A stretch of 54,512 nucleotides of DNA, from positions 423,058 to 477,569 of the forward strand of contig BFEA01000026.1 of NCBI GenBank assembly GCA_003427395.1. The letters run 5' to 3'. The position numbers and the translations under genes are program-made. Positions 1 through 12,209 of this stretch are shown here, piece after piece. The notes below the pieces were generated by a model that saw only the letters and a list, made by a program, of their open reading frames with translations, did no database searches and was not told the origin of the DNA. Position 1 is the stretch's first letter, and every line of letters starts with the position of its first letter. The stretch is from Chara braunii (taxonomy: Eukaryota > Plantae > Charophyceae).

Positions 1-69
<69 letters not shown>

Positions 70-90
70 GTCAGTGAGAGAGAGGGAGAG
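1..90. repeat. (GA)n microsatellite
   Basis: Direct reading. Similar (GA/CT)n or (GT/CA)n tracts occur at 1803-1847, 22768-23040, 31960-32063, 34409-34468 and 54469-54512. Confidence 0.95.
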
Positions 91-529
91 ATTTATGGAG
101 GGTGTTGATTGAGAAAAAATTCTCACCTACAGACCAGAGAGAGAAATTGAATAAATATTAGGGTATGTAAATGGTGACGTAAAAATCTCAGAATTCTATA
201 GGGATTTCTTTCCAGATTTGCATACCGGCTTCTCGCACCACTTCACCTATTTATATTTATCTATCTATACTACACATTAAGCATCATAGATTCATGATAA
301 CCCACACAGTTCTCGTATTCTCGATTGGACAGAATAGGTAAGACACACCAACAAAGAGGGGAGACAAAAATGGTACGGGTAGGACACAGCAAACTCTTCT
401 CTTTGTTTTGTTTTTTTTGGGAATTTCGCTTTTTCCCAGCGATCAAACCACAACCAGCACATGGACAAATTTATTTTTCCTACTTCAAAAGTATCCAAAC
501 CAGTGCCGTCAACTCGCCTCTCTCAGGGG

Positions 530-560
<31 letters not shown>

Positions 561-1802
561 GCCTCTCTTCACGGCCAAAATTCCCACACACCAAATAGCC
601 CGACCACAGAATGCAAACCCAAAAAAAAAAAAAAAAAGAATGCAAACCCCCAAACACCCCCCTCCTTTCCACTACCTTATCAATCTCTTGTCGACCGTCG
701 AAACCATACCTATATATTGTCACATGATATCAGAGCTATAAATATATAATATATACATGACACGTGTTCATTCATCACCATACACTTTCCTTAAACGTCG
801 TGTTTTATAGTTTTGACCGTTCTTGTATCATGCTCCCCATTCCGATTCCTCACCCTTAATGTATATATATCCAGATCTAATATAAATATATTGTTATATT
901 TATTTGTATATAAATTTTCATGCATATACTTATGTCTTGCAGATGATGCGCCTAGCGTCGGGCCTGTACTAGTACCAGGCGCATGCTCTTCCTTTTGGCA
1001 GATTTTACCTTTCCTCTTTTGTTTTATTTTTTTCCGTTTTCTTTTATCTTGTCGGCCATTTCTTCCTGATGTGGAATGACATCTGTATATTGCGGGCCCT
1101 CTGTTGAGGTTCCGTTTCTTTTACTCTTGATTATATTTGGATTTGGATTTGGATTGGTACTCCGTATCTGTTGGTAGTGTCGAAAGCTTTATCTGTATCT
1201 GTCCTACAAGTGAGGTTTGGTTTCCTCCTCCCTCCTTTTCTTTACCACTTTTTTGCCTTTTGGCTGCGTGCAAGTGGGCCCTTGTGACACACGTGAGGAT
1301 GGGGGCAGCCGGTGCTCAACCATCATCCACGTGGCCGGCCTTGTACGTAAGAGGTGATGAACAGGCGGAGCTTTCCCACCTTACTTCTTTCCTTTTTCTG
1401 ATGTCTTTTTTCGCCTTTGCGCTCCGATACACNNNNNNNNNNNNNNNNNNNNNNNNNNNNNNNNNNNNNNNNNNNNNNNNNNNNNNNNNNNNNNNNNNNN
1501 NNNNNNNNNNNNNNNNNNNNNNNNNNNNNNNNNNNNNNNNNNNNNNNNNNNNNNNNNNNNNNNNNNNNNNNNNNNNNNNNNNNNNNNNNNNNNNNNNNNN
1601 NNNNNNNNNNNNNNNNNNNNNNNNNNNNNNNNNNNNNNNNNNNNNNNNNNNNNNNNNNNNNNNNNNNNNNNNNNNNNNNNNNNNNNNNNNNNNNNNNNNN
1701 NNNNNNNNNNNNNNNNNNNNNNNNNNNNNNNNNNNNNNNNNNNNNNNNNNNNNNNNNNNNNNNNNNNNNNNNNNNNNNNNNNNNNNNNNNNNNNNNNNNN
1801 NN

Positions 1803-1851
<49 letters not shown>

Positions 1852-1887
1852 TGCTCTTTCACGCATGTGGAGGCGTTGATTTTGTTC

Positions 1888-2335
1888 AGTCATTGAGCAC
1901 ATCGCCGTCAGATGGAACCTGGCTCTGAACACGCAAGTAGTAGACACCCGAGTTCTATTTATATTTATAATAAGTAAAAACCAATAATGTCGAGGCATTG
2001 ATCTAAGCTGGTGAAGTGACAGATCATCATCAGCACTTGTCTGCTAAACCCCTCCCTTCTCCTCTCTCCCCCACGCGCGCGCATTCTCTCCCTCCCCCGA
2101 AACACGTTTTCCAAATGAAGCCAAGGTCAGGAGAGGGTTTTCGCACTTGAGCACTAACCTCTTCCTCTCGAACTCCCTTCCCACTCGTAGGCTCGTAGTC
2201 ATCGTCAGGAGGCGGAGGGGTCGTCTTCAGATGATATGGAACCCCCCATACTCCGTCTGCAGAACCCCCTGAACTCCCGTTGTTTCTACTCCCCCCCCCG
2301 CTTCCCTTCTGAGGTGGCGTTGTTCTCGTAGCCAT
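1888..2335 (-). CDS. Possible small hydrophilic spliced gene (MATRTTPPQKGSGGGSRNNG...)
   Basis: Gly/Ser/Pro/acidic ORF from the ATG at 2335, with candidate donors (GAG|GTTAGT, CAA|GTGCGA) and an acceptor (TTCAG| near 1924, giving SQVPSDGDVLND*). A cluster of ACGT boxes lies upstream. No family recognised. Confidence 0.3.
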
Positions 2336-2504
2336 GCCTAAGCCACGGTAACCTCCCCCGCCTGCTTCGTGCTCTTCCTACCGTTCTTTCTCTCTTCAAC
2401 TCGCTGCGCACATTAATCAATCAATCAATCAATCAACCAATCAAGCAAGCAACCAATCAATCAATCAATCAATCGACCAGTCAGTCAATCAATCGCATTG
2501 CATC

Positions 2505-2590
2505 CACGTTTCCTGCGCCCGCGCACGTGAGGAAACTTGGTCATCTACGTGCATTTACACGTGGCGGATTCAGAGACGCTTCACATGTGA
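2505..2590. promoter_or_regulatory. Cluster of G-box/ABRE-like elements
   Basis: CCACGTT, GCACGTGA, CTACGTGC, ACACGTGGC (canonical ABRE) and CACATGTG within about 85 bp, 170-255 bp upstream of the minus-strand ATG at 2335. Confidence 0.4.
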
Positions 2591-3112
2591 CTTCTTCGCC
2601 CTTCTATTCCTACTACTCCTCCTCTCCTCTCGTCTCCTCTACACTTCTTCAACTACATAACCCTTCTGCCTATCTGTCATGACAGTACCTATGCGCATCC
2701 TTGCGCGAAGAAGGAACCAGCAGTTCTCCATCGACTACCGGTACCGGCCACATTGCCGCGCGCGCCATTTCCCCGCCAGTTCCTCCATTTCTCCCGCCAA
2801 ACTGCTTCCCAACATCGCTTGCTTCTCCTCCTACTGCGTAGTTTCTTCTCTCTCACGCCCGCCTTCCCCGTTTCTTGTCCCCTTCCTCTCACCGCTCACC
2901 ACCGCGCTGGCTCTCCCTTCCCCTCCCTTCCCCTTTCTCGTCGTGAAACACTCCTTCTTGGTCGACTCTGGGCAGTACTATGGACATCCCATTCGACACG
3001 CGGAAGGCCTCTTACCCCCAATGTCAATTGCGTACAGCCTCTATTTGGGCCCTTCGGCGGCTGGCATTCCCTAAAAAAAAACCTCCCGTCCCCCACAAGA
3101 TACCCACCCACT

Positions 3113-4028
3113 CGCAGGACCCGGCAGACCCGGACGCCCCCCCCAAGGAAATCGGCCTGGACCAAAAAATCCAAGTCGTGACGGAATGGATAATTAAACA
3201 CTTGCAGGCCGAATTTCCCCACGAAGGTGAGCAATACTGGGATTGCTCCTATGTCGAACTTGTCACCCTCCTCAACAACAGCCCGACACTCAGGATGCGC
3301 TGTCCACTGGCCCGCCTGCTCATTTGACATGGGCAGAAGCGTTTCAACGCATACTTGCCGTAGCAAGAGGCCGCTTCCGTCCCCCTCCCACCAAGGACTC
3401 CCCCGCTCCTCGCCAGGACCCTCTAGCACAGGAAGGGCACACCCAGCCCGCCCCAACCGAGGAAAAGGAAAGCACGGGAGGCACGGGAAACATGGAAGGA
3501 CTAGATGAAGGACTGACCTCCCAAAGACTCAAGATTAGACAGCTCGTAGAGCGAGGTCTATTTGAAACGCCCCTATCCAAACAGGTGGGAGTTCTGGTGG
3601 CCCCTCTGAGGAAAACCGATGGGAAATGGGAGATAGGCCTTTACCCGATAGGGAAACACGGGGGCGTAACCTTACAAGGGTGGGAATTCTCGCCGAAGGA
3701 AGGAGAGGACGGGGACAAGGTTTTTACCGACCAAATGCGCACCTTTATCCCCTCACACTATGCCCCGGGCGCAAAAGCGGGAGTGCGGTTGCTTGGAACC
3801 AGCGACTATCAAATGGCCAACAACGACCTCTTCCTGCGTTTTGAAACCAACAAGACAGCCAACTTACATTGGTTTACCCACAATGCACTGGTGGATCTCC
3901 AATGTGCAAAAGTCAAAGCCAGCGAGTATTGGCCAGAGGATGATGTATGTAGGTGTCTGTGTAAGATGGTGAGGAAGAGGACTCTACTCCTGGACAGATG
4001 GGACGACAAGCCATGGCACACACTGTAG
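3113..4028 (+). pseudogene. LINE ORF1, C-terminal remnant (frameshifted)
   Basis: Open stretches (ORFs 2980-3327 and 3243-4028) lie directly upstream of the endonuclease and inside the TSD. Confidence 0.6.
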
Positions 4029-4087
4029 ATAAGGAATACCAATGGATGATTTAGAAACATTATACTGCAAGAACCCAGCATGGCAAA

Positions 4088-7000
4088 AATGCGTTATCGG
4101 TCGCCCTTAATTTACAATCTATCAATGTAAATGGTCTTCCGTCGAGCAAACCTGAAAAGCGTCAGGCCATCTGGGACCAACTTAGAGGAGTAGGAGGCAG
4201 ACGATGGCCGGACGTAACTTGCGTCCAGGAAACCCACCTACAAGACACCCCGGAGCATAACAGGGCACATAAGATGGTCTGGCCTCACACAGCTTTCAGA
4301 GCCCACGCACCTAGACCTGGTTCGGCAGGAGTAGCAATCTGGGTCCCTCCGGACTCCAGATTTCAGCCAGTTCACTTGGTCGTAGATGGGGACGAGGGAC
4401 GATGGGTATCGGTCCTCGGTATGCTGGAACTGGAGCTACTATGCATACTCTGTATTTACCCACCTAACACTGTCGGCGAACGAAGGAAATTTTTGGGGAA
4501 GCTGGCCACACAAGTACCGGAAGGCATCCCCCTAGTCATAGCAGGGGACTTTAATGCTACCCCTGACAGGACCTTGGACAGATGGAATGCCCAAGAATCC
4601 CCTTCCTTTGCCGCAATGGAAGATGAACGAATGATCGCCGAACTCTGTGATACACTTTCAATCTTCGACTCCTTTTGCCGATTACATCCTCAGGCGCGTT
4701 CCTTTACATGCGTAAGGGATAGCGACCTGGCACGCCTGTCCAAATCTAGGATTGACCTCATCCTTATCTCTAACGACCTAGAAGGTGCATTGCGCTGGTC
4801 ACTAATTCTCCCGCGAAGCCCGTACCCAGGTCTAGACCATAAGACATGTGGAATCATACTGACAACAAGGAAAAGGTCCGATCATGGCCCTGACTTTTAT
4901 AAGTTAAACACCTCCCTCCTTAAAGATTCAACCTTCACACAGATGATCCGTAGCGAATGGAACTTCTGGCGTCAACAAAAGCATCTGTTCGACTCACACC
5001 TTACATGGTTTAACAATGGACTAATCTATCTAGCAAAAAAATGCAAGGATCTTTCCAAAATCAAGGCAGCCCAACGACAACAGCACGAGATGTCAACCCA
5101 CAAAGAACTAATAATCCTGGAACAACAGGCAAATTCACAATCTCTCACTACCACCATCCAAGATATTAAGGACCGCCTTTTACAATACGCATTACATAGA
5201 TGACAAGGTATTAGAATTCGGGGAAAGATGACCAAATTTACTCAGGAAGCTACCATGGACACCCATTTCTTCTCCATGGCCACAGCACGGGCTAGACGTA
5301 CAGTCATCGAAGCCCTTTTTGACCCGAACAACGACAGAATCATAGCTACTGACACAACACACTGCACACTAATTACTAGGACCTTTTTCAAACAGCTATA
5401 CACATCTCAGATCCCGCGCTCTCAAAAGGAAAAAGGGATAGGGAACTGGAAGAGTTCTTAGCACCAATGGATCGCCGCCTCTCCCCATAACAGCAAGAAC
5501 AGTTGGAGGAAAATCTGTCTAAAAACGAAATATGGACAACACTCCTCCAAATGAGAGAGGAAAAAAAAAACGGCATAGACGGATTCCCCAAGGAATTTTG
5601 GGAAATCATGTGGCCAGAATTGAACTCGGACCTATGGGAGTATTATCAGGAGGTGTGGAATGCCGGGGAAATGGGATAAATTGTGGGTAAGGGGGTGCTA
5701 TCGCTGTTATACAAAAAAGGCGACAAAATGAACATTAGGAATTACAGACCTATCACTCTACTCACAGTAGTCTATAAGATGGTGGCCAAAGTGCTGGCAC
5801 ATCGTATGGCATCTGTCCTGGAGGATGTCATACACCCGGCTGAGACAGGGTTCATGACCGGAAGGAATATACAAGAAAATATCTTACTAGTTAATGAGGT
5901 GGGCGAACTAGCCCAACGGAATAAAGTTAACACGGCCATTATATTCATTGACTTCGAAAAAGCATACGACCACGTTGACTGGGAATTTCTGGACAAATGC
6001 TTGGAAAGAATGAACTTCGGACCAGTCTTCCGACGCTGGGTTAGGATTCTCCACCATAACGCCACCACCTGTGTGCAGGTCAACGGGTCGATAGCGCACC
6101 CCTTCGTGCTTCAGAGGTCTGTAAGACAAGGGGATCCCATTGCACCCTATCTGTTCTTGGTAATAATAGAAGCACTATCGGCCAACCTCAGGCATAATAA
6201 GAACCTCTCTCGCATCAAAATCACGAACATCCCGGAGGAGGCAATACCGATCTGCTCACTTTTCGCTGATGACCTCACCATAATGATGGAAGCGACAGAT
6301 CGTAACATGGAAGAAATCCAAGTTCTCATGGACCGGTTCTGTCGACTCTCCGATATGGTAGTTAATTGGGGGCAGAAGACGGTAGGATGGTGGATGCACC
6401 AGCAAGGAGGAAGGCCTCCTGAAAACCCGCGCATCACATGGCTACCCCTGGAAGACCCCTTGAGAGTGTTGGGAACCCTCATTACAGCAAAAGGGAAGTC
6501 GGCGACCAACGATGACTGGCTGACAGGACCAGTACAAGCCAAACTAAAATAATGGAATAAAAAGCACACATCGTTATTTGGGCGGGCCTTGGTCATTAAT
6601 AACGTGGTGTTGGCCACACTTTGGTACAAATCGATTATATGGCCCATGAGCGACGGGGGGCTTAGGTCCCTAAAACAGCAGCTAGCAGCTTTCATTTGGA
6701 GAGGGGACAGTATTAACCCCCACACAATTAGTCAAGTAGCTTGGGACTCAGTGATCCAACCCAAGACCAGAGGAGGACTAGGAATTGTGGACCCGGCCAC
6801 TCAATCCCAGTCCCTTACACTCCGTTGGCTTCAACACATTATCTTCTCTCCGTCCTCCCCCTGCCCCCCCATGGCTCTGGCGCAAATCGCTGCCCTAGCA
6901 CCGGAGCCCCCCCCGGAGACGGACCCTCTGGTATGGCTACAAGACAGATACTGGAGGCTTCCAAGGAAAGATAAGAATGGGAAACCCGTGAGCACACATT

Positions 7001-8575
7001 GGTTGCGCTTACTTCGCACATGGAGGAAGCTCCCGCCGCCCGACCGACCCAATCTGGATCGATGGGAAGAAATTTTCAGACAACCGCTGTTTGGGAATCG
7101 ACTGATTACGGATGCCTTGGGCCAGGTAAGATGCAGCTCATATGCCCCCTGGAAAGGTTGGGTTAAACATGGTGCTAGCAGAGTAGGGGATCTGTGGGAT
7201 ATAGAGGCAAGATGTTGGAAGAGTACAGAAAGGATGCGGGCATGGCTACGCTACTGCCATTTCACGGAATCGGCGCTAAACGAACTCATTGAAAGTTTTC
7301 CTCTCCAATGGTATAGCATTCTTCGAAAAGGGCCTCAATTGAGAGAAGGAGACTGGGTTTGCATGCCCAATCACAAGGAGGAGATAGGAGAAGTACACAT
7401 TGTAAGCCCAACACAGGCCCTAATTGAGATTTTATCCGTTCAAAAGGATGACACTCTACGGGGCAGCCAAGATCCTTTTATTTGGAAGGACAGATCGAAC
7501 ATATATCGCATCGGAGTTCTAGACAACGACAGAGGACGATGGGCCTATCGCCCAACAACCCCGATTGAGGATCTCCCCTTCAACCCCGACGAGTCGCATT
7601 GGTCCCAGGGAGCCCCGACTAGACAAGGGCCGACAAAACAGCTAACACTTTACAATCTAAAAACCAAATCAGCCTATCGTATGCTCCGTCCGAAGACTGC
7701 GGTAGACGGTTGAGGACAGGTGGCATCGACATATTAACGTGGACCGAGACTTGCTCAAGCCGATCCGGTGGTTTACTCAACTTAGAAATAGACCTGCTAA
7801 GATCTCGGCCCTTCAGTGGCAAATAGCACACCGATGCCTGCCGACAAACAACTGGTTGATAGATCACACCCGTTTGGAGCAGCAAGGTCGGGCATTGCCC
7901 TGGTGCCATAGTTGTCTCTTGGGTTACCCGGGGAGGAAAAGGGCCGAAACAATCGAACACATCTTCCTCCAATGCCCGACTTCGGTTTTGCTCTGGAGGG
8001 TTTGGGACAGGATCTGGCGACACATTGTCCCCTGTGCAGAGTGGCCATGGGAGTGGAGGGCCATATTACTAGGTCATTAACCCCCGATTCGGGGAGACAC
8101 ATTCAAGGAGAACATGTTTCATTTGGGCAGGCGGGCGGTCCTGTGGGTCATCTGGTGGAAACGTTGCATTTTGGAAATGGAAGGGGCACGGGTTGAAGAA
8201 GGAGAAGTCACAGAACAGTTACGCCTATTAGTCCAACATGAAATTGCTGCCCAGTGGAAGGCGGCCAGAGATAAACTTGACCAAATGAATTTATGGTCTG
8301 ACATCAACAGGATCATCTCCCGATTCAGTCAGGATTGGTTAGGAGGGGAAAGAAAAGGATGGGTGGAGGAGGTAAGATGGTCTGAGAATTGCCAGCAGGG
8401 AGGAGAGCTGCAAGAAGGACACTGGACGGAGATAGCAAGAGATTATCAGTTGATCTTCCATGAATGGACAAACCTCGATCCTGGCGAGAGGTTACGCCCG
8501 GCTCAAGAATTTGCAGACCCTTCCCCCCCCCACCCACTGGCACTAGAAGAGGTCCTCCCCCCATGCTCACAGTAA
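4088..8575 (+). pseudogene. LINE ORF2 (AP endonuclease, reverse transcriptase, zf-RVT), disrupted
   Basis: APE motifs SINVNG, QETH, GDFN, SRIDLI, LDH; RT motifs NYRPITLL, DFEKAYD, RQGDPIAPYLF, FADD; GGLG; CxxC...ETIEHIFLQC. Broken by in-frame stops (about 5201, 5488, 5677, 6550) and frameshifts (about 5430, 7700). Confidence 0.95.
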
Positions 8576-8831
8576 CCCAGTCCGGTGGAACCAGCCCGAC
8601 TCAGTTATCATTCGGATTTTTCGGGCTACCCTCTGGCTATTTGATCTTGCCCTCGTATTTTGCGGTCCCCTAGCCCTCCTCCCTTCTGCTCTCTTCCTTT
8701 GCCTCCTTCTTTTCCCTCTCTGGTTGTCTATCCCTGGTTATCCCTGTTCATCTCTGTTCACCTCTGACTATTCTGTCCATTCTATCTCTCCCAACACAAG
8801 CCCAGTCTCATGGTTAGTAGAGGGACAGCAG

Positions 8832-9165
8832 CAGATGGTGGTTGGATAAACAACACCAATATGGGACGCTGGACCCGGTTTCCAGCATTGGCAATGTACT
8901 GTCTGGTTCAGTTTTTTCGGTTACAAGTTCAGTCTAATGGTCAGCAGAGATGGATACACTGCAGGATTGGTTGGATGAACAACACTGATATGGGACGCTG
9001 GACCCGGTTCCCAGCAGTGGCGATGTATTGTCTGCCTCAGCCTTTCTGATAATGCCAAATAACTCCAAATATCAAGAGGCACCACATTGGTTGGATGAAC
9101 AACACAAATATGGGACGCTGGACCCGGTTTCCAACATTGGCAATGTACTGTCTTTCCCAGCTTTT
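8832..9165 (+). repeat. Three ~125-bp tandem units in the LINE 3' UTR, each carrying the GCTGGA-CCCGGTT-TCCAGC hairpin
   Basis: TGGTTGGAT(A/G)AACAACAC..ATATGGGACGCTGGACCCGGTT(T/C)CCA(G/A)CA.TGGC.ATGTA.TGTCT at about 8839, 8968 and 9088; further motif copies at about 9319 and 9388. Confidence 0.9.
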
Positions 9166-9677
9166 TTCAGATAGTTTCAAAATAACGAGGCGCCAGAAGG
9201 TGAGTAGGTGGATGGCAGGGGCTAGGGTTGGAGGAGGCTCCACTGGTGCCCCCCCGTGGGTCCCCCCCAACACCCGAGCCTGCTGCAAGATAGGTATGGT
9301 ATAGGGGATGGGATGGGAGGCTGGACCCAGTTTCCAGCGCAAAGGCGCCACTTTTAAAATGCACTGCTTTTTTACAGATGTATCTAAGGGACGCTGGACC
9401 CGGTTTCCAGCAGGTGTTGCTCCCCACCAATAGATGGAGCGGTCTGCCAGGCAAGCCTCAATCCCGGTGGTTCTCTTACCACCACTAGGATAGAGGCCTT
9501 GCATAAGGGCCTTCCCCTCCCAAAAAAAAAAAAAAAAAAAAAAAAAAGATACCCACCCACTATCTCCCATTTTCCAGGCCCTCCTAGTATGACCTTTTCC
9601 TATGTAGGCTCTTGTGCCCCTTTAGCCCCTCCACCCTGCAAACCCCCTTACTGCCCCCGTGGGTCCCCCCCAACACC

Positions 9678-9970
9678 CGAGAACACCAATCTCGTGTGGA
9701 GCCAAAGAGCAAAAGCTCACTCAATTTTGATTTCCAATACGAATCGAAAGTGTGCGAGCGTGGCCTATCGATCCTTTAGCGTTCCGGACTTGAAGCTAGA
9801 GGTATCCGAAAAGTTACCGCAAGGATAATTGGTCTGTGGCTGCCAAGCGTTCAGAACGACGTCGCTTTTTTATCCTTCGATGTCGACTTCACCAAGTTGG
9901 ATTGCACACCCACCTATCCCGAGCATCTAATTAGTGATGCGCATGATTGGACCAGTAAGATTCCCCCTCT
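9678..9970 (+). pseudogene. Degenerate, rearranged 25S/28S rRNA fragments
   Basis: 9678-9917 follows LSU domain V (AATCTCGTGTGG...GCGTGGCCTATCGATCCTTTAG...GAAAAGTTACC...GCCAAGCGTTCA...ATCCTTCGATGTCG...CACCAAG..TTGGATTG..CACCCAC). 9924-9966 follows the upstream CATCTAATTAGTGACGCGCATGAATGG...AGATTCCC segment. Confidence 0.9.
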
Positions 9971-12209
9971 CTTTGGGAATCTCATAACTGTCCTTCTGCG
10001 TCCTCCGGACGGTCATAGTCATCATCATCATCCACATCATCGACGACCACGACGCTCATCATCGCAGTTCTTCATCATCATTGCGCGAGCATATTCCGGC
10101 GACCTCGTCGTTCCACTGGGGGAACAATCGAGAAAACCCTTTAGGGGTGATAGGAAGACCTTCCTCGACTAGGAGGAAGAACATTCATTGCTCCCGACCG
10201 ACCGGGAGCGCGGTATCGTCCAACTTTCCCACCTTTACCAACCCCCCCTCCCTCTCGTCGATCTCCCTCAAAGATCTTATCTCTCTTCTTCTACTATCTC
10301 CCCTCCACCCCTCCTTCCCTCCTCTACCATCCCACCTAATGGGTCGCATCATCTAAAATTCCTAAAGCACGTAACGCATATTTTCTATTCCTGTGCTTGT
10401 CTCACAATGCCGTTCATTCTGTTGTGCGGAATTTATACCCAATTTGATAGGATTAATCTTCATTATCTTTTCTCCTAATCCCGTGAATGAAATTAATTCT
10501 GATGTTTTTTGTTCAAAAGTTATGTGAATTCCTTCATTATACCAAATTCTTTTCGTTATTTAGTTTCAATTTTTTTTTTTTTCCAGAAATTCGTGAAATA
10601 TTTTTTTTTAATTTACCAAATTTGATTTTTATGAACTCGACTCAATTTCTACTTCCGGTCCTCTGTAAAAATTCTAAAATTCTGCAATTATTTTTGAAAT
10701 TCTTTTGGAGTTTTTTTGAAACTTCTTAAAAATTTTTATTAATTTTACAACATCATGATATTTTTTTTGAATTTCATCTAAAATTTTTCGAAACCTCTTT
10801 TGACTTATCCTATTCGACTGTCATTAATTCCTTATGTTTTTTAATCGTAAACTCTTTATTTATGAATTTGTTTTCTATTTTAATTTTCATAAGCCTTCAT
10901 TTTTTTATTTTTTTTTTGGAAATACATCAAGGAATTTTTCATTTTATTTCAAAAGTGTCCTCTAAACTCATCTCTACCTCTTCTCTCAAACCCCGGAAGT
11001 TTCAGATTTTTTTATGATTGTTTTTTAAATTCGTTGAGTTTTGCTTCAATTTCTTCTAAATTTTAAATTTACGTCCAAATAATTTTGGAATTTTAGTTTG
11101 ACCTCGCAAATTTCTTTTGCATGCTTTACTTTATATTCTGTTCCTTTCTCTGAAAAGCTCCCCTCATTTTCTTACCCAAATGGGAAATTGAATCCCTTCT
11201 CCCTCAATCGGACTCAAAATTTTCTTGATTTAGTTTTATAATTTCGTTAGACGTCATTCCTACCCGCCCTCTTTTCTCAGTCCACCCTACCCCCCCTTCC
11301 GCGTGTCACCCTGACTCCTCGTGACAACCCATAGCGCGCACTCCAAAATCACGCTCGAGATGTCCACGCTGGGAACCGGCTCGCTCGCTTTAACGCACCG
11401 ATCGGGTCCATTGAGCGACCCTCTCGTCCCAGTCCCCCCTCTGCACCATCTTCATCTTCTTTATCCCTTGATTTCATGCAGAGGGTAGAGTCCATGATCC
11501 CAGATCGCTCCACTAGCGACTGCCTTGCACTTCTTGCTTGCAAGATGACTTGGATCGCTTCACCAGTGACGGCCTTGCACTTCTTGCAGCCGAGCGGTAT
11601 TGTTATTCTGCAGGTAAGACTGGGGGAAGGAGGAGGAGGAGGGAGGGAGGAATGGGTTGTGGGAAGAGAATCATATGAAGGAACAGTGAAAATCAAGGAA
11701 ATGAGAGGGCATTTGTGTCCCAATGTATCAATCAGTGTTTAAGGGACTGAATGTGTGTCGCTCGATTATAGAAGTTGATAAATCAGTGTTTAAGGGACTG
11801 AATGTGCTTATTATTTATGTATTTCTACTGTTCTTTTTAGTACACCCATTAGTGGTACATTTTTTCATAATAGTCAACTTATATTAGATCAATTTTCATG
11901 CAATAATCAGGTATTGAGTGTCGAAGGGGTTAACGACTCACGTGTTGCTGTTGCAACAATACTCGAGGACTCGTCTCTTCAGTGTGCTTGTACGCTAAAA
12001 AATCGGATTCAAGGAACGATAACCCAAGCTAGTTGAAAGTTCTCTTTTCCTTTCTAGATGTATATGGATATGTCTATGGAATTAGTTATCATTCAATAAT
12101 TCTTCCTCATTTCAACAATAATGAATGTTATGAAAATTGTCTTCCTGCAGTTGATGTTCGACAGTCATGGAGTTTTTTACAAGCTTTGTTTTTGCATCGA
12201 AATGTCCGA

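Larger units (their letters stand above)
3113..9545 (+). mobile_element. L1/Tx1-clade non-LTR retrotransposon, 5'-truncated within ORF1, with poly(A) tail
   Basis: 16-bp TSD AAGATACCCACCCACT at 3097-3112 and 9546-9561; poly(A) at about 9522-9547; ORF1 remnant, then APE-RT-zinc finger ORF2, then a ~950-nt 3' UTR. Confidence 0.93.

Noticed and set aside
290-970. Possible terminal exons of a + strand gene (AATAG|GTAAG at about 337, TTGCAG| at 942)
   Set aside because: Splice-like signals only; no recognisable protein.
2980-3112. ATG at 2980 as the start of LINE ORF1
   Set aside because: It lies outside the TSD at 3097-3112. The element is 5'-truncated and the open frame across the junction is probably fortuitous.
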